Below, piece by piece: positions 36,487-46,545 of a stretch of 64,000 bases of DNA; within the stretch, counting starts at the first letter, position 1, and each line of letters opens with the position of its first letter. The notes beneath the pieces are model-generated. The model was not told where the DNA came from and did not search any database. It saw only the letters and a program-made list of their open reading frames with translations. The DNA lies in IMG/VR virus record IMGVR_UViG_3300017991_000003, positions 32,001-96,000 of that record; one strand, written 5' to 3'. Position numbers and translations under genes: made by a program. Origin of the DNA: a virus.

Positions 36487-39027
36487 TCAGTTGCGCATAG
36501 CTAGCTCTTCTTCCCGCGTCATGACTCGGGAGGTGCTGGGCTGGGTGATCAGCGGACCACGATCGGGGATCAAGGTCTTGCACCACTCCTGCTCCTCCGG
36601 GAGCAGACGCGCACAGCTGGAGGCCAGCTCAACATCGCCGTTCTCGTCGGCTTCGACGAAGTCGGCCCAGTTCTCTGCGGTGAACAACCGATCCTCGCCC
36701 TTGATCCGAGCGAAGAAGGTGCCGACGGGCGGGACGTTGTCATCGCCCTCTTCAGCCCAGTTGTTGTAGCAGATAGAGGTGTCGGCCAGGATCGGGACAG
36801 ACAGCCCGAACCAGTCGTACTCCATGACGTACTTGATGAGCATGGCCGCCTCTTTGGCGAAGCGGATCGGGCACGCATAGATCAGCTCGTCGTGGACCTG
36901 CCCGATCACCCGTAGGCCTGGGTATCGAGGCAGCACGTACTTGCGGATGATGAACATGTTGGCCTTGATCATGTCCGCCGAGGAGCCTTGCACCTTGGCG
37001 TTCAGGATCTTGCCGGGCATGACGTCGTTGTCGTTGAAGTGACGGTGACGTCCGCTGATCATCAGGAAGCTGCGTTGACCTTTCTGCCACTTACCCTGTA
37101 GCGCCTGCATGTAAGCAGGGATGCCGCTGTAGGTCTGGAAGAAGCCATCACGCCAGAGCGCTGCCTTTTCGATGTCGTACTCGCCCTTAGGCGTGAGTAG
37201 CGGCACCATACGGGCGAACTTCTCCGGCCCCATCCCGTAGTTGAAGCCGAAGTTGACGTTCTTGGCCGGCTTCCGCGGGATCCCGAGGCTCTGCGAGGTC
37301 TTGGCGTGAACATCGCCCGTGTGAAACACGAGCCCGTGGCTCGTGATCGTCTCGTGGTAGACGTTGCGTAGGTTGAAGTCGCCAGTGAAGTGAGAGATCA
37401 CTCGAAGCTCGACCTGGCTCTGGTCGCTGACGATCAGGCAGTAGCCCTCAGGTGCCCACTCATCAGGGGGCGGGCACACGAAGACTTCACGTAGCGCCGG
37501 GCCCAGGCCCTGGATCCTCTCGTCGAAGTGCGCGGGCTTTTTGCGGGAAGGGATGTTCTGGAGGTTGGGTCCAGAACTGCTGAACCGGCCAGTATCCGTA
37601 CCGAAGGAGTTGAAGCGACCGTGCACTTGACCATCCCCGGAGTCTTCAACCTTCTCGCCCATGCTTTCGACATAGGTGCTGAGGAGCTTCGAGACAGTTC
37701 GGAAGTTCAGGATGGCCTGCCCGATCGGATGATCGAGCATGCTCAGCGTGGTGGTGTCCGTGCTGATGTACTGCTCCCGGATCTCGTCCGGGATACGGTC
37801 CGGGTTGCGTAGGTCGACTACGCAGTCTTCCCAGAAGATCCGACCGTTGGCAGGGTTGCGCTTCATGTACCCCTGCTCGAGGCACCACTTGACGCCGTCC
37901 TTGGTCAGCTTCGGTAGCGGGATACGCTCCCCGTTGATCCAAGCCCACCGGAACGTGGGAGGCGTCAGGTACAGCGTCTGGAACAGGAGGGTGCAGAGCT
38001 GCTTCGGGCTGTTGGGGTTGAACTCCTGCTTGGCCAGCTCGTAGCAGTGGGAGCGGAACTCCTCGACTAGCGGACGCATGATATTGCCGCGCTTCTTGAG
38101 CTCCTCGAGATCGATCGTCATACCGGCGATCTCCATGCCGATGGTCTGCCACCGGACATCCATCTCGATCTCCATCCACGTACCTGCGCCATCCTTGCGG
38201 ACCTCGGCGAGGAGCTTACGCAGGAGGGGGAACAGGTAGCGGGCGTCGTCGCGGGCGTAGTCTTTGAGGAGCTTCAGAGCCTGCGCGCGCAGGTTGGCGA
38301 TCTTGGTCTCCGCTCGGGCTGTGTGGGCTCGGACGTAGTCCTCGTACTTCCACCGCTCGAGCTCATCAAAGAGTTCATCCCGCCAGGCCAAGAGAGCGCC
38401 ATTCTCCTCTTTCGACAGGTCCTTGCCGGTGATGCCGCGCTCGTCCAACACTTTCTTGCGGATGGCGTTCCAGGACATGGCAGGGTCGTCGAAGGACGGG
38501 TACGGCCGCCACCAGGTCCCAGGCTGGGACCACTTCTCCAGGTTGTCCTTGTGCATGGCCAGTCGCGCGTTAGTCAGATCGATCTCACGCAGGAGCGGAT
38601 TGTCGAGCGCCGCCTCCTCGTAGGTTGTCATCTGCTTACGCAGCCATTTCTGGACCAGCAGCTTGAGGCCCTTGGGACGCTCCTCGTCAACTGCCCAGGC
38701 GTAGCCGAGCGTGTCGAGGCAGCGGGCCTGCCACTCCTCGTACAGCACCATGCCGGCTCGATGGCCGACGATCACGTCGTAGGGGGCGTTGTGCGCCATC
38801 CCGAACAGCTTCGGGTTCGTAGCTAGGCGCTTGAATGTCTCGCACAGCTCAGGCGTGATCTCGAAAGCCCCGGCGCGGTTAGGTGTCGCCAAAGCTAGGA
38901 CGGTGGGTCGCGCCGTCCACGCGTTCTTCGCGTCCTCAGAGCGTCCGGTCTCCGACTCCGTCTCGAAGTCGAACGCAAAGTAGCCCGTCTCGAGGGCGTC
39001 GGCTTCAATCAGATGTAGAGGATCCAT
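36487..39027 (-). CDS. Family A DNA polymerase with 3-prime to 5-prime exonuclease domain
   Basis: Exo I FAFDFETE; motif A SDQSQVELRV; motif B RKPAKNVNFGFNYG; motif C QVHDELI. Confidence 0.92.
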   Translation of the reverse strand: MDPLHLIEADALETGYFAFDFETESETGRSEDAKNAWTARPTVLALATPNRAGAFEITPELCETFKRLATNPKLFGMAHNAPYDVIVGHRAGMVLYEEWQARCLDTLGYAWAVDEERPKGLKLLVQKWLRKQMTTYEEAALDNPLLREIDLTNARLAMHKDNLEKWSQPGTWWRPYPSFDDPAMSWNAIRKKVLDERGITGKDLSKEENGALLAWRDELFDELERWKYEDYVRAHTARAETKIANLRAQALKLLKDYARDDARYLFPLLRKLLAEVRKDGAGTWMEIEMDVRWQTIGMEIAGMTIDLEELKKRGNIMRPLVEEFRSHCYELAKQEFNPNSPKQLCTLLFQTLYLTPPTFRWAWINGERIPLPKLTKDGVKWCLEQGYMKRNPANGRIFWEDCVVDLRNPDRIPDEIREQYISTDTTTLSMLDHPIGQAILNFRTVSKLLSTYVESMGEKVEDSGDGQVHGRFNSFGTDTGRFSSSGPNLQNIPSRKKPAHFDERIQGLGPALREVFVCPPPDEWAPEGYCLIVSDQSQVELRVISHFTGDFNLRNVYHETITSHGLVFHTGDVHAKTSQSLGIPRKPAKNVNFGFNYGMGPEKFARMVPLLTPKGEYDIEKAALWRDGFFQTYSGIPAYMQALQGKWQKGQRSFLMISGRHRHFNDNDVMPGKILNAKVQGSSADMIKANMFIIRKYVLPRYPGLRVIGQVHDELIYACPIRFAKEAAMLIKYVMEYDWFGLSVPILADTSICYNNWAEEGDDNVPPVGTFFARIKGEDRLFTAENWADFVEADENGDVELASSCARLLPEEQEWCKTLIPDRGPLITQPSTSRVMTREEELAMRN

Positions 39028-39177
39028 TCAACTCCGGTGGTTAGTTGTAAGCGGGGCTCGGCCACCCGCACCCTCCAGCCCGTGCTAGAGCCAGGACCGA
39101 CACGTCCAAAGCACGTGGAGATTCGCCGAGGCGCAAAGAAGCCCGGACCCCGCGCGGGGATCCGAGCTCCTCAGTCA

Positions 39178-40539
39178 TCAGCCCGAGAAGGGGTCGCCGG
39201 CCAAGGGGTCCTGCCCCTCAGCCGGCTCCTTACCGTCACCGGCCTGCTGAGCCCCCGCATCCGGGAGATCCTGGAGCGCGCCCAGGGCCGATCCCGACGT
39301 CTGAACCGGCTGAGTCGCCGGAGCTTGCGTCACTTCGGGCTGGGCCGGCGGGGCAAGGGGCCCTCCAAGAGGAGGAGCGGCGGGGGCAGCGGGCGCGGGG
39401 GCTGCGGCAGGTGCGGAGCCGGGAAAGGGCAGGCCGCCACCCTGCGGGGCCGGCTGCGGCGCCGGGGCCTGCTGCGGGAAGAGGCCGCTACCCTGCGCCG
39501 GCTGCTGGAACAGCGGGGTCGGAGCAGGCTGAGGCTGAGCACCGGATTGCTGCATCGGCTGCTGCATCGGCTGCTGCATCGGCTGCTGCATCGGCTGAGG
39601 CGCCGCCCCGGCCGGCGGCATTTGACCATAACCCGCGCCGCCGGGGACCGTGCCGGTTGCTTGGGAGCCAGGACAGATCTGATCCATGACCCCCGCGTTG
39701 TAGGAGAGGCCTCGAACACCCGGGTGCTCGTCGCAGATCTGCCGGTGCAGACGCAGGATTTCACGAGCCTCCGCCTCGGAGTAGGCCGGGTAGATCTTGT
39801 TGAAGTCCACCGAGCCGGCCAGAGCCGCGAAGTCGCCCTCAGGGTTGGGGGCCATGTAGGCCGCTAGGGCTGTGACTAGCTCCTCGGTCGTGCCGAACGT
39901 CTGTCCCTGGTTCTCGCCCAAGTAGTACATCGGCATCCAGTTACCCAGCTTCGGGGCCTGCTTCTCGTGGGTGCGGTTCACGTTCCACACCGAGCCAAGG
40001 ATCGAGCGGTTCTTCATCTGACTGAAGGCCAGGAACTGATCGAGCATGGACTGGTTAGAGAACATGACCCAGCGGATGCTCCACGGGATCGTCTGCTGCT
40101 GCTTGTTGACCCAAGGGGTCATGTTGAGGACGGCCGCGGCCATTCCCAGCATCGGTTTCGGCTTACCGAGAGCGGGTCCGAACAGGTCCGGCTGACCGTT
40201 CTCGACCGGGTTACCCGCGTTATCGACGCCGGTGATGTGGGCAGCACGAACGATCTCCCACGTGGGGAAGCTAGCGTTCGGCGTGTTTTTCCACCCAGTA
40301 GCCACCCGGTAGTGCGGGATGAGGGTGACGTCGGAAAGGAAGGCGACCTGGATCTGCTGGCCGCGGGGCGCGAAGAACTCGCGATGAGGCTTGCGCTCGT
40401 CCCAGGTCTTGGACCACGGTCCGCTGCCGGCACCGATGGAGACGTTCTCGTTCTGGGCGATGGCCTGGTACTGCTGAAGGCCGCCCTGGGCTTGACCGCC
40501 TTGAGCGAAGGGGGTCGCGGGGTTCGTGGGGTCTGTCAT
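39178..40539 (-). CDS. Hypothetical protein with Pro/Gln/Ala-rich low-complexity C-terminal half and acidic tip (candidate SSB)
   Basis: 453 aa between primase and polymerase genes; disordered linker and acidic ...DPLAGDPFSG terminus reminiscent of SSB tails; assignment weak. Confidence 0.55.
   Translation of the reverse strand: MTDPTNPATPFAQGGQAQGGLQQYQAIAQNENVSIGAGSGPWSKTWDERKPHREFFAPRGQQIQVAFLSDVTLIPHYRVATGWKNTPNASFPTWEIVRAAHITGVDNAGNPVENGQPDLFGPALGKPKPMLGMAAAVLNMTPWVNKQQQTIPWSIRWVMFSNQSMLDQFLAFSQMKNRSILGSVWNVNRTHEKQAPKLGNWMPMYYLGENQGQTFGTTEELVTALAAYMAPNPEGDFAALAGSVDFNKIYPAYSEAEAREILRLHRQICDEHPGVRGLSYNAGVMDQICPGSQATGTVPGGAGYGQMPPAGAAPQPMQQPMQQPMQQPMQQSGAQPQPAPTPLFQQPAQGSGLFPQQAPAPQPAPQGGGLPFPGSAPAAAPAPAAPAAPPLGGPLAPPAQPEVTQAPATQPVQTSGSALGALQDLPDAGAQQAGDGKEPAEGQDPLAGDPFSG
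39547..39594. repeat. Four tandem copies of a 12-bp unit
   Basis: Plus strand TGCTGCATCGGC x4 read directly; encodes the QQPM repeats on the minus strand. Confidence 0.9.
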
Positions 40540-40554
40540 GATTCGTTGCGTCTG

Positions 40555-41574
40555 CTAGAGGAGGGAGGAGTATCGATCTGAGAGGTCTTGTTGCGTCAGG
40601 TACTTCGGGTCCTGATCGAGGTGGTACAGCATGCTAGGCACGCCGTGCTTCGTCAATACTTTGTTGACATTTTTGGCGGCATTCTGACCCTCGACATCGG
40701 GGTCCAGGAGGATGCCCACCAGGGACGGTTCGGAGGCTCGAATCAGCTTGGCCTTCTCCGCTGAGAAGGCGAGCCCGTTGATACCCGCGGCACGAGCCCC
40801 AAGCTGGACCAGGTGCATCGCATCAAAGGGGCCTTCAACCAAGGACAGGGGCTTACCGGCCCCATAGGGCAGTAGATGCTCGCCGAACAGGTGACGGCCG
40901 CTCACGAAAGGCCAGATCGTCCAGTACTTGAGGCCGTTTCCTGCTAGGGGCCGAACCTGTGCTCCGACGCAGCGAACGATGCCGACGTCTGGAGACACCA
41001 GGATGGGGAATACGAGGCAGGGCGCCTTGGTCGTTTTCGGGTTGTCGTATCGGTCGGTCCCCATGCCGTCGTCGGTGTAACCGGCGGGGACGGTGGTGCA
41101 GTAGAACTGCTCGATGGCAAAATCGGGATCGACCCCCTTAGCGGCCAGCACATCCCGTCCGAGGGGGAGCATCGGCACACGTAGCAGGTCAGCTAGGAAC
41201 ACGGTGTAGTCCGTGTCCGGGGTCGTACGGGTCTGTCGAGTGACGCCGGCAGCGGAGAAGTCCAGGCTTTCTAGCGCCAACTCCCGCTCTCGGGCCTTCA
41301 TCTGGAGGGCCAATCCCGCATACTGACCACCACTGAGGCGGTTCAGCTCGAGGAGCGTATCCCCCAGTGATGACAGGTGTTTACACGCGTGGCACTTCAG
41401 GAGGGTCACTCCAGGACCCACCGTCGCGGTCATCGACGGCCTTCGATCAGATCCTTTCCCATGAGTCCACGGAGCCAGCAGGCAGGAAAACTTCACATGG
41501 CGGTCCCCCGCGGGTCGAAGCTCCCCCGCTTGGGGCAGCTGGGCGAGGACGGTTCGGAGCTCTACCTCTTGCAT
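40555..41574 (-). CDS. DnaG-like DNA primase (zinc-binding plus TOPRIM-like)
   Basis: CHC2-like CLLAPWTH...CHACKH; LVEGPFDAMHL and LLDPDVEG TOPRIM-like acidic motifs; start set at internal Met to avoid overlapping the divergent fibre gene. Confidence 0.65.
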   Translation of the reverse strand: MQEVELRTVLAQLPQAGELRPAGDRHVKFSCLLAPWTHGKGSDRRPSMTATVGPGVTLLKCHACKHLSSLGDTLLELNRLSGGQYAGLALQMKARERELALESLDFSAAGVTRQTRTTPDTDYTVFLADLLRVPMLPLGRDVLAAKGVDPDFAIEQFYCTTVPAGYTDDGMGTDRYDNPKTTKAPCLVFPILVSPDVGIVRCVGAQVRPLAGNGLKYWTIWPFVSGRHLFGEHLLPYGAGKPLSLVEGPFDAMHLVQLGARAAGINGLAFSAEKAKLIRASEPSLVGILLDPDVEGQNAAKNVNKVLTKHGVPSMLYHLDQDPKYLTQQDLSDRYSSLL

Positions 41575-41632
41575 CTTTTCGGGTTCTCGGGGTTGGACTT
41601 CATAAGCTAAGACAGGGGAGGACCCCACACAC

Positions 41633-44600
41633 ATGGCCGATAACGTCCAGCTCTACGACGCGCATCTAAACCTCTGGACCCTCAGGACATCCGAGGACAC
41701 AGAAATCCACACGCCGCACCACGTGTCGCGGCTGGCGGACGGGGAGGGGCGCTTCTACAGGCCCGGACGGCCGGTACCTGTGTCGATCTACGGGACGGAC
41801 GGGGTCGAGATCAACATCGAGGCCGGCTCGATCGCTGTCAGCACAGACCACAACGAGGACTCAGTAGCGGTCTTCGGGTCGTCGACCCCTGAGGGGCTGG
41901 AAAACTTCAGGTCGCTGGTGGTGGACCCCCAGGGGCACCTCCAGACCACAGTGGTCTCAGCGCCTGGGGTGGAGCCCGTCGGGGACTCGCCCGACGCGGG
42001 GCAGCTAGGTACGGTCATCCTAGGGGTCCAGGTAGGGGCAACGCCAGCTAGTCAGGTCACGGGGGACGGTCGGACAGCCCCTCTGATCATGGACGATCGG
42101 GGCCGGCTCTTCGTCTCTTTCGGCAACTCCGTCGCGGTTCTGCCCTTCACGCAAAAGGGTGACCTACTTACTTATGACGGATCTGACGAAGTTGTCCTGG
42201 GCCCGACGGTCGACGACGCGCTTCTGACACTGGACTCCAGTACCAGTACCGGCCTCAGGTGGGTGAGCCCGGTGACGAGCTCCCCCAGCCCCGTGCTCTT
42301 CCTACGCGAGGATCTAACATGGGCTCTGCCCTCAGCAGGGGCACCGGGCGGGGCTGCGGGCGGAGACTTGGGCGGGACCTATCCGAACCCGTCTGTGGTC
42401 GCTATCCAAGGGATTTCCACTTCTGCGGCTGCGCCAACGCCTGGGCAGACCTGGGTGTACACCGGCAGCGCTTGGAGTCCGGGAAGCCCGGCTACCGGAG
42501 CTGCTACGGACCACGGGACGCTCACAGGGCTCCTCGACGATGATCACACCCAGTACATCCTGGCTGATGGCTCTCGAGACTTCTCAGGCTCAATCGGCAT
42601 GGGTGGGAATGAGATCACGGATGTGGCCTCTCCTATCCTCGTATCCTGGGCAGCTAACAAGGGTTACGTTGATGATCAGATCACCGCGTCCGTCATCACG
42701 GACCACGGCGGGCTAGGCGGGCTCGGGGATGACGACCATACCCAGTACGTGTTGGTGGCTGGCACTCGTGCGTTCACGGGCGATCAGAGCCTAGGCGGTA
42801 ACAAGATCACGAGTCTGGGGTCCCCGACCACCGCAAGCGATGGAGCCAACAAAGGTTACGTCGACGCTAACGTGGTCACGGACCACGGCGCTTTGATCGG
42901 GCTGGGGGATGATGACCACACCCAGTACATCCTGACTGCGGGGACTCGAGCCTTCAGTGGTAACCAGAGCCTAGGCGGCAACCTGATCACAAGCCTAGGC
43001 TCGCCTACTACCGCAAGTGGTGGTGCTAACAAGGGTTACGTTGACGCGGCTATCACGTCGGCAGTGATCACGGATCACGGAGGGCTTGGCGGCCTGACGG
43101 ACGACGACCATACGCAGTACGTCCTGGTCGCAGGTACTCGAGCGTTCACAGGCAGCCAGAGCCTGGGCGGTAACCTGATCACGTCGCTAGGGTCTCCTAC
43201 TGTTGTAAGTGACGCAGCTAACAAAGGTTACGTTGATGCGCAGATCCCGACGAGCCTACCCCCTAGCGGGGCTGCTAGTGGTGATCTAGGCGGCACGTAC
43301 CCCGGGCCTACTGTGGTGGCCATTCAAGGCACCGGAGTCAGTGCAAACGCTCCAAGTACTGGTGATGGCCTGGTTTACACCGGAGCGGCTTGGAGTCCGA
43401 CCGCGGTCTATCGACCTGGCGGGACGGATGTGGCTGTGGCAGACGGGGGCACCGGGGCGTCGGACGCGTCCACGGCGCGTAGCAATCTAGGCCTGACCAT
43501 CGGGCTCGACGTCCAAGCCCACTCCGCAGTTCTTGACGCTACAACGGCCAGTTACACAACCGCGGCCGAGGGTAAGCTCTCGGGCATCGAGACCAACGCT
43601 GATGTCACGGACACAGCCAACGTGACGGCCGCTGGCGCTGTCATGATCGGCACAACGGCCGCGGCCGGGGACCTGAGCGGTACCTACCCGAGCCCGACGG
43701 TCGTGGCCATTCAGGGGACTGGCGTCTCGAGCACTGCGCCGAGCTCTGGGCAGGCCCTGATCTACTCCGGCACTGTCTGGAGCCCCAGCACGCTCCCCAG
43801 CGGGGTGACGGACCACGGGGCCCTGACCGGACTCGGAGACGACGACCATACCCAGTACATCCTGGTTGGTGGCACTCGCGCCTTCACGGGCAACCAGTCG
43901 ATGGGCGGCAACCTGCTCACGTCGTTGGGGAGCCCGGTGGCGGTAACAGACGCAGCTAACAAGGGTTACGTCAATGCCTCGATCACCGCGGCCGTCGTCA
44001 CGGACCACGGGGCCCTTGACGGGCTGGCCGATGACGACCACACCCAGTACCACAACGACGCTCGGGCGCTGACGTGGTTGGGGACGCGCGACACAGATGA
44101 CCTGGACCCGAGCGCCACCCGTCTCTACATGAGCCCGGGTGAGCGCACCAAGCTCGCCGGGATCGAAGCGCTTGCCGATGTGACCGATGCGGCCAACGTG
44201 GCCGCGGCCGGCGCTGTCATGGTCGGTGACGCTGCGGGCGGTGATCTTAGCGGTACCTACGCAAACCCGTCCGTGGTCGCGATCCAGGGTACGGGTTGCT
44301 CTTCAGCAACGCCGACCGCCGGCCAGACCTGGGTCTACTCCGGGTCCCAGTGGAGTCCTGGCTCACCCGCTGTTGGTGGCGCGTCAGATCACGGAACCCT
44401 GACCGGGCTGGGCGACGACGACCACACTCAGTACATTCTTGTTGACGGTACACGGGCCTTCACAGGCGCAGTTAGTCTCGGTGGGAGCCAGATCAACAGC
44501 CTGGCTTCGCCCACGCTCCCAGCAGATGCAGCCAACAAGGGCTACGTCGACGACCAGATCCCGACGAGTCTACCCCCTAGCGGGGCAGCGTCTGGCGACC

Positions 44601-45409
44601 TTGGTGGGACCTACCCGGGCCCAGACGTGGTGGCTATCCAGGGGACCGCGGTCAACTCGGCGACGCCGACGACGGGTGAGGCCCTGCTCTACTCGGGAAC
44701 GCAGTGGAGCCCTGGGCCGATCAACTTCCTCGAGCTCAACGACGTCGATCCCACAGGCCTGACCAACCTCGACCTGTTCTACTACAGCTCGGCGTCGGGG
44801 ACTATCGTCCGGTCTAGCGGCCTCACGACCTACGCGTTCTACACGCACAGCGGATCGCACATCCACGGACAGTACGACGCAATCGACGGGGATCAGCTAT
44901 CGATCACCCAGCCGGGCGTCAACTACTCCCCGACGACCGACGCGACATACGGCACCAACACGGCGCACCTCGCTGCCCATCTGCGGGGTATCGGTCTGGT
45001 CCTGGAGGATGTCAGTCCCGCGGTCACCAAGCTCGCCGGGATCGAGGCGGGCGCTGAAGCCAACGACGTTCAGACCAAGAGCATCACGATCGAGGCGCCG
45101 ACCACGACGGAAGACATCTCGTTCTTCTACGCTCCGGTAGCGATGACGATCTCAGAGATGGTCACGGTCCTGGTGGGCTCTCCTACGCCGTCCCTAGCGT
45201 GGACGCTCCGGCACAGCACCGACAGGAGCGCTGTGGGCAACGAGGTCATCACCGGGGGATCCACGGCGAATAGTACGACGACCGGTAACGTGCTGACCTC
45301 CTTCAACGACGCAACGGTCCCAGCCAACTCCTTCCTGTGGGTTGAAACGGCGAGCCCCAGCACGAACGTGACGAGCTTCCAGCTCAGCGTTGAGTACACC
45401 GACGACTGA
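41633..45409 (+). CDS. Tail fibre / receptor-binding protein with internal repeats
   Basis: 1258 aa; seven copies of a unit containing TDHGxLxGLxDDDHTQY...GANKGYVD and five copies of a second unit DLxGTYPxPxVVAIQGT; AGGGGAGGA ribosome-binding site before ATG. Confidence 0.7.
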   Translation: MADNVQLYDAHLNLWTLRTSEDTEIHTPHHVSRLADGEGRFYRPGRPVPVSIYGTDGVEINIEAGSIAVSTDHNEDSVAVFGSSTPEGLENFRSLVVDPQGHLQTTVVSAPGVEPVGDSPDAGQLGTVILGVQVGATPASQVTGDGRTAPLIMDDRGRLFVSFGNSVAVLPFTQKGDLLTYDGSDEVVLGPTVDDALLTLDSSTSTGLRWVSPVTSSPSPVLFLREDLTWALPSAGAPGGAAGGDLGGTYPNPSVVAIQGISTSAAAPTPGQTWVYTGSAWSPGSPATGAATDHGTLTGLLDDDHTQYILADGSRDFSGSIGMGGNEITDVASPILVSWAANKGYVDDQITASVITDHGGLGGLGDDDHTQYVLVAGTRAFTGDQSLGGNKITSLGSPTTASDGANKGYVDANVVTDHGALIGLGDDDHTQYILTAGTRAFSGNQSLGGNLITSLGSPTTASGGANKGYVDAAITSAVITDHGGLGGLTDDDHTQYVLVAGTRAFTGSQSLGGNLITSLGSPTVVSDAANKGYVDAQIPTSLPPSGAASGDLGGTYPGPTVVAIQGTGVSANAPSTGDGLVYTGAAWSPTAVYRPGGTDVAVADGGTGASDASTARSNLGLTIGLDVQAHSAVLDATTASYTTAAEGKLSGIETNADVTDTANVTAAGAVMIGTTAAAGDLSGTYPSPTVVAIQGTGVSSTAPSSGQALIYSGTVWSPSTLPSGVTDHGALTGLGDDDHTQYILVGGTRAFTGNQSMGGNLLTSLGSPVAVTDAANKGYVNASITAAVVTDHGALDGLADDDHTQYHNDARALTWLGTRDTDDLDPSATRLYMSPGERTKLAGIEALADVTDAANVAAAGAVMVGDAAGGDLSGTYANPSVVAIQGTGCSSATPTAGQTWVYSGSQWSPGSPAVGGASDHGTLTGLGDDDHTQYILVDGTRAFTGAVSLGGSQINSLASPTLPADAANKGYVDDQIPTSLPPSGAASGDLGGTYPGPDVVAIQGTAVNSATPTTGEALLYSGTQWSPGPINFLELNDVDPTGLTNLDLFYYSSASGTIVRSSGLTTYAFYTHSGSHIHGQYDAIDGDQLSITQPGVNYSPTTDATYGTNTAHLAAHLRGIGLVLEDVSPAVTKLAGIEAGAEANDVQTKSITIEAPTTTEDISFFYAPVAMTISEMVTVLVGSPTPSLAWTLRHSTDRSAVGNEVITGGSTANSTTTGNVLTSFNDATVPANSFLWVETASPSTNVTSFQLSVEYTDD
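42507..43250 (+). repeat. Four tandem in-frame copies of a ~186-bp (62-aa) repeat in the fibre gene
   Basis: DDDHTQY codon strings recur at about 42537, 42731, 42911 and 43101. Confidence 0.85.
43801..44560 (+). repeat. Three further copies of the same 62-aa repeat interleaved with AIQGT-motif units
   Basis: DDDHTQY codon strings at about 43845, 44033 and 44413. Confidence 0.8.
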
Positions 45410-46545
45410 TGAGTGACTTCCTAGTCCAGCGCGATCAGACCGACGTGCCCACCGCCGGCACGACTGCGTCGATCACCGCCGTCTCGAGCCTGAACTCTGC
45501 ATTCGAGATGATGAGCAGCAACCGCCGGATGTCTGGCGGCCCCTCTGCGGTTACGACCAACCAGGAGGCTGATGACCTCTCCGCGGCCGGCGTGCTCACA
45601 GACACGAGCACGATCACCTACTCGCGAGTCTCCGGGTCGAGCTCGAACACGATGCGCTGCGCCATGGAGGTGGTGGAGTACACGGGCCCAGCGGGCGGCC
45701 CCAACGAGTTCATCGTGCGGGGGCGGTACACAGGTCTACTGACCGGCGGCACCAACTCAGTAAGTGTCACCGTGTCCGGTGTCTCTGACAAGGACAGGTG
45801 TATCCCGATCATCACCGGCATCTTGTGCGAGGACACAACGGACGGGGGTGCCCGGGCTACCGGTCTGGTCCTGCTCACAAACGCGACTACCGCAGTGGTC
45901 TATGCAGGCGGGTCCGCCTCTCGTGTGACTGTGCACTTCACGCTAGTTGAGTTCACTGGATCGGCGTGGACTGTCGGGCACGCTGCGGCTGGTCCTGTCT
46001 CGGCTGACTCGGGGTCCGCTACGATCGTCACGGGATCAAACGGCTCGAGCGGAACGACCGTGGATGTCGGGGACTGGGGTACCGCTTGCATCTTCGCGCA
46101 TCATGCGGGCGATCTGGGCTCGGACGCCAATCAGGCCATCGCAGATAACTGGCCCAACATCACACCCACCTCCGGGAGCACGACCTCAGTCGACTACACC
46201 TTCAACTCCCAGCACGACGGGGTCAACAACCTACACCTGGCTCACGTTCTCCAGCACGACGATATGGTCGTGCAGCGGATCACAGACACTGGCAGCCATA
46301 CCGGGGCACGGAACGTGTCGATCCCGTCCACGCTCTCGTCTATTAGCGAGGCTTTCGTGCGAGTGTGCCGAACCTCGAGCGGTGCGGGTACGGCCTACGG
46401 CCGTGGTTGGGTCAACGCCCGGCTGACTACGACCAGCAACGTAGAGCTCTGGGTCCACCGAAACGGCAACTCGATCGATACCCGCATCGAGGTTGTTGAC
46501 CTCTCTAGCATCTCCTCGGCTACCAGGAGGATCTTCGTCGTCTGA
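45409..46545 (+). CDS. Beta-rich tail fibre-associated protein
   Basis: ATG overlaps fibre stop (TGATG); Ser/Thr/Gly-rich 378-aa ORF. Confidence 0.6.
   Translation: MSDFLVQRDQTDVPTAGTTASITAVSSLNSAFEMMSSNRRMSGGPSAVTTNQEADDLSAAGVLTDTSTITYSRVSGSSSNTMRCAMEVVEYTGPAGGPNEFIVRGRYTGLLTGGTNSVSVTVSGVSDKDRCIPIITGILCEDTTDGGARATGLVLLTNATTAVVYAGGSASRVTVHFTLVEFTGSAWTVGHAAAGPVSADSGSATIVTGSNGSSGTTVDVGDWGTACIFAHHAGDLGSDANQAIADNWPNITPTSGSTTSVDYTFNSQHDGVNNLHLAHVLQHDDMVVQRITDTGSHTGARNVSIPSTLSSISEAFVRVCRTSSGAGTAYGRGWVNARLTTTSNVELWVHRNGNSIDTRIEVVDLSSISSATRRIFVV

Noticed and set aside
41633-45409. Diversity-generating retroelement targeting the tail fibre
   Set aside because: The RT has retron-type motifs (QGxxxSP, NAxxH, VTG-like) rather than DGR-type, and the fibre repeats are in-frame protein repeats, not a template/variable repeat pair
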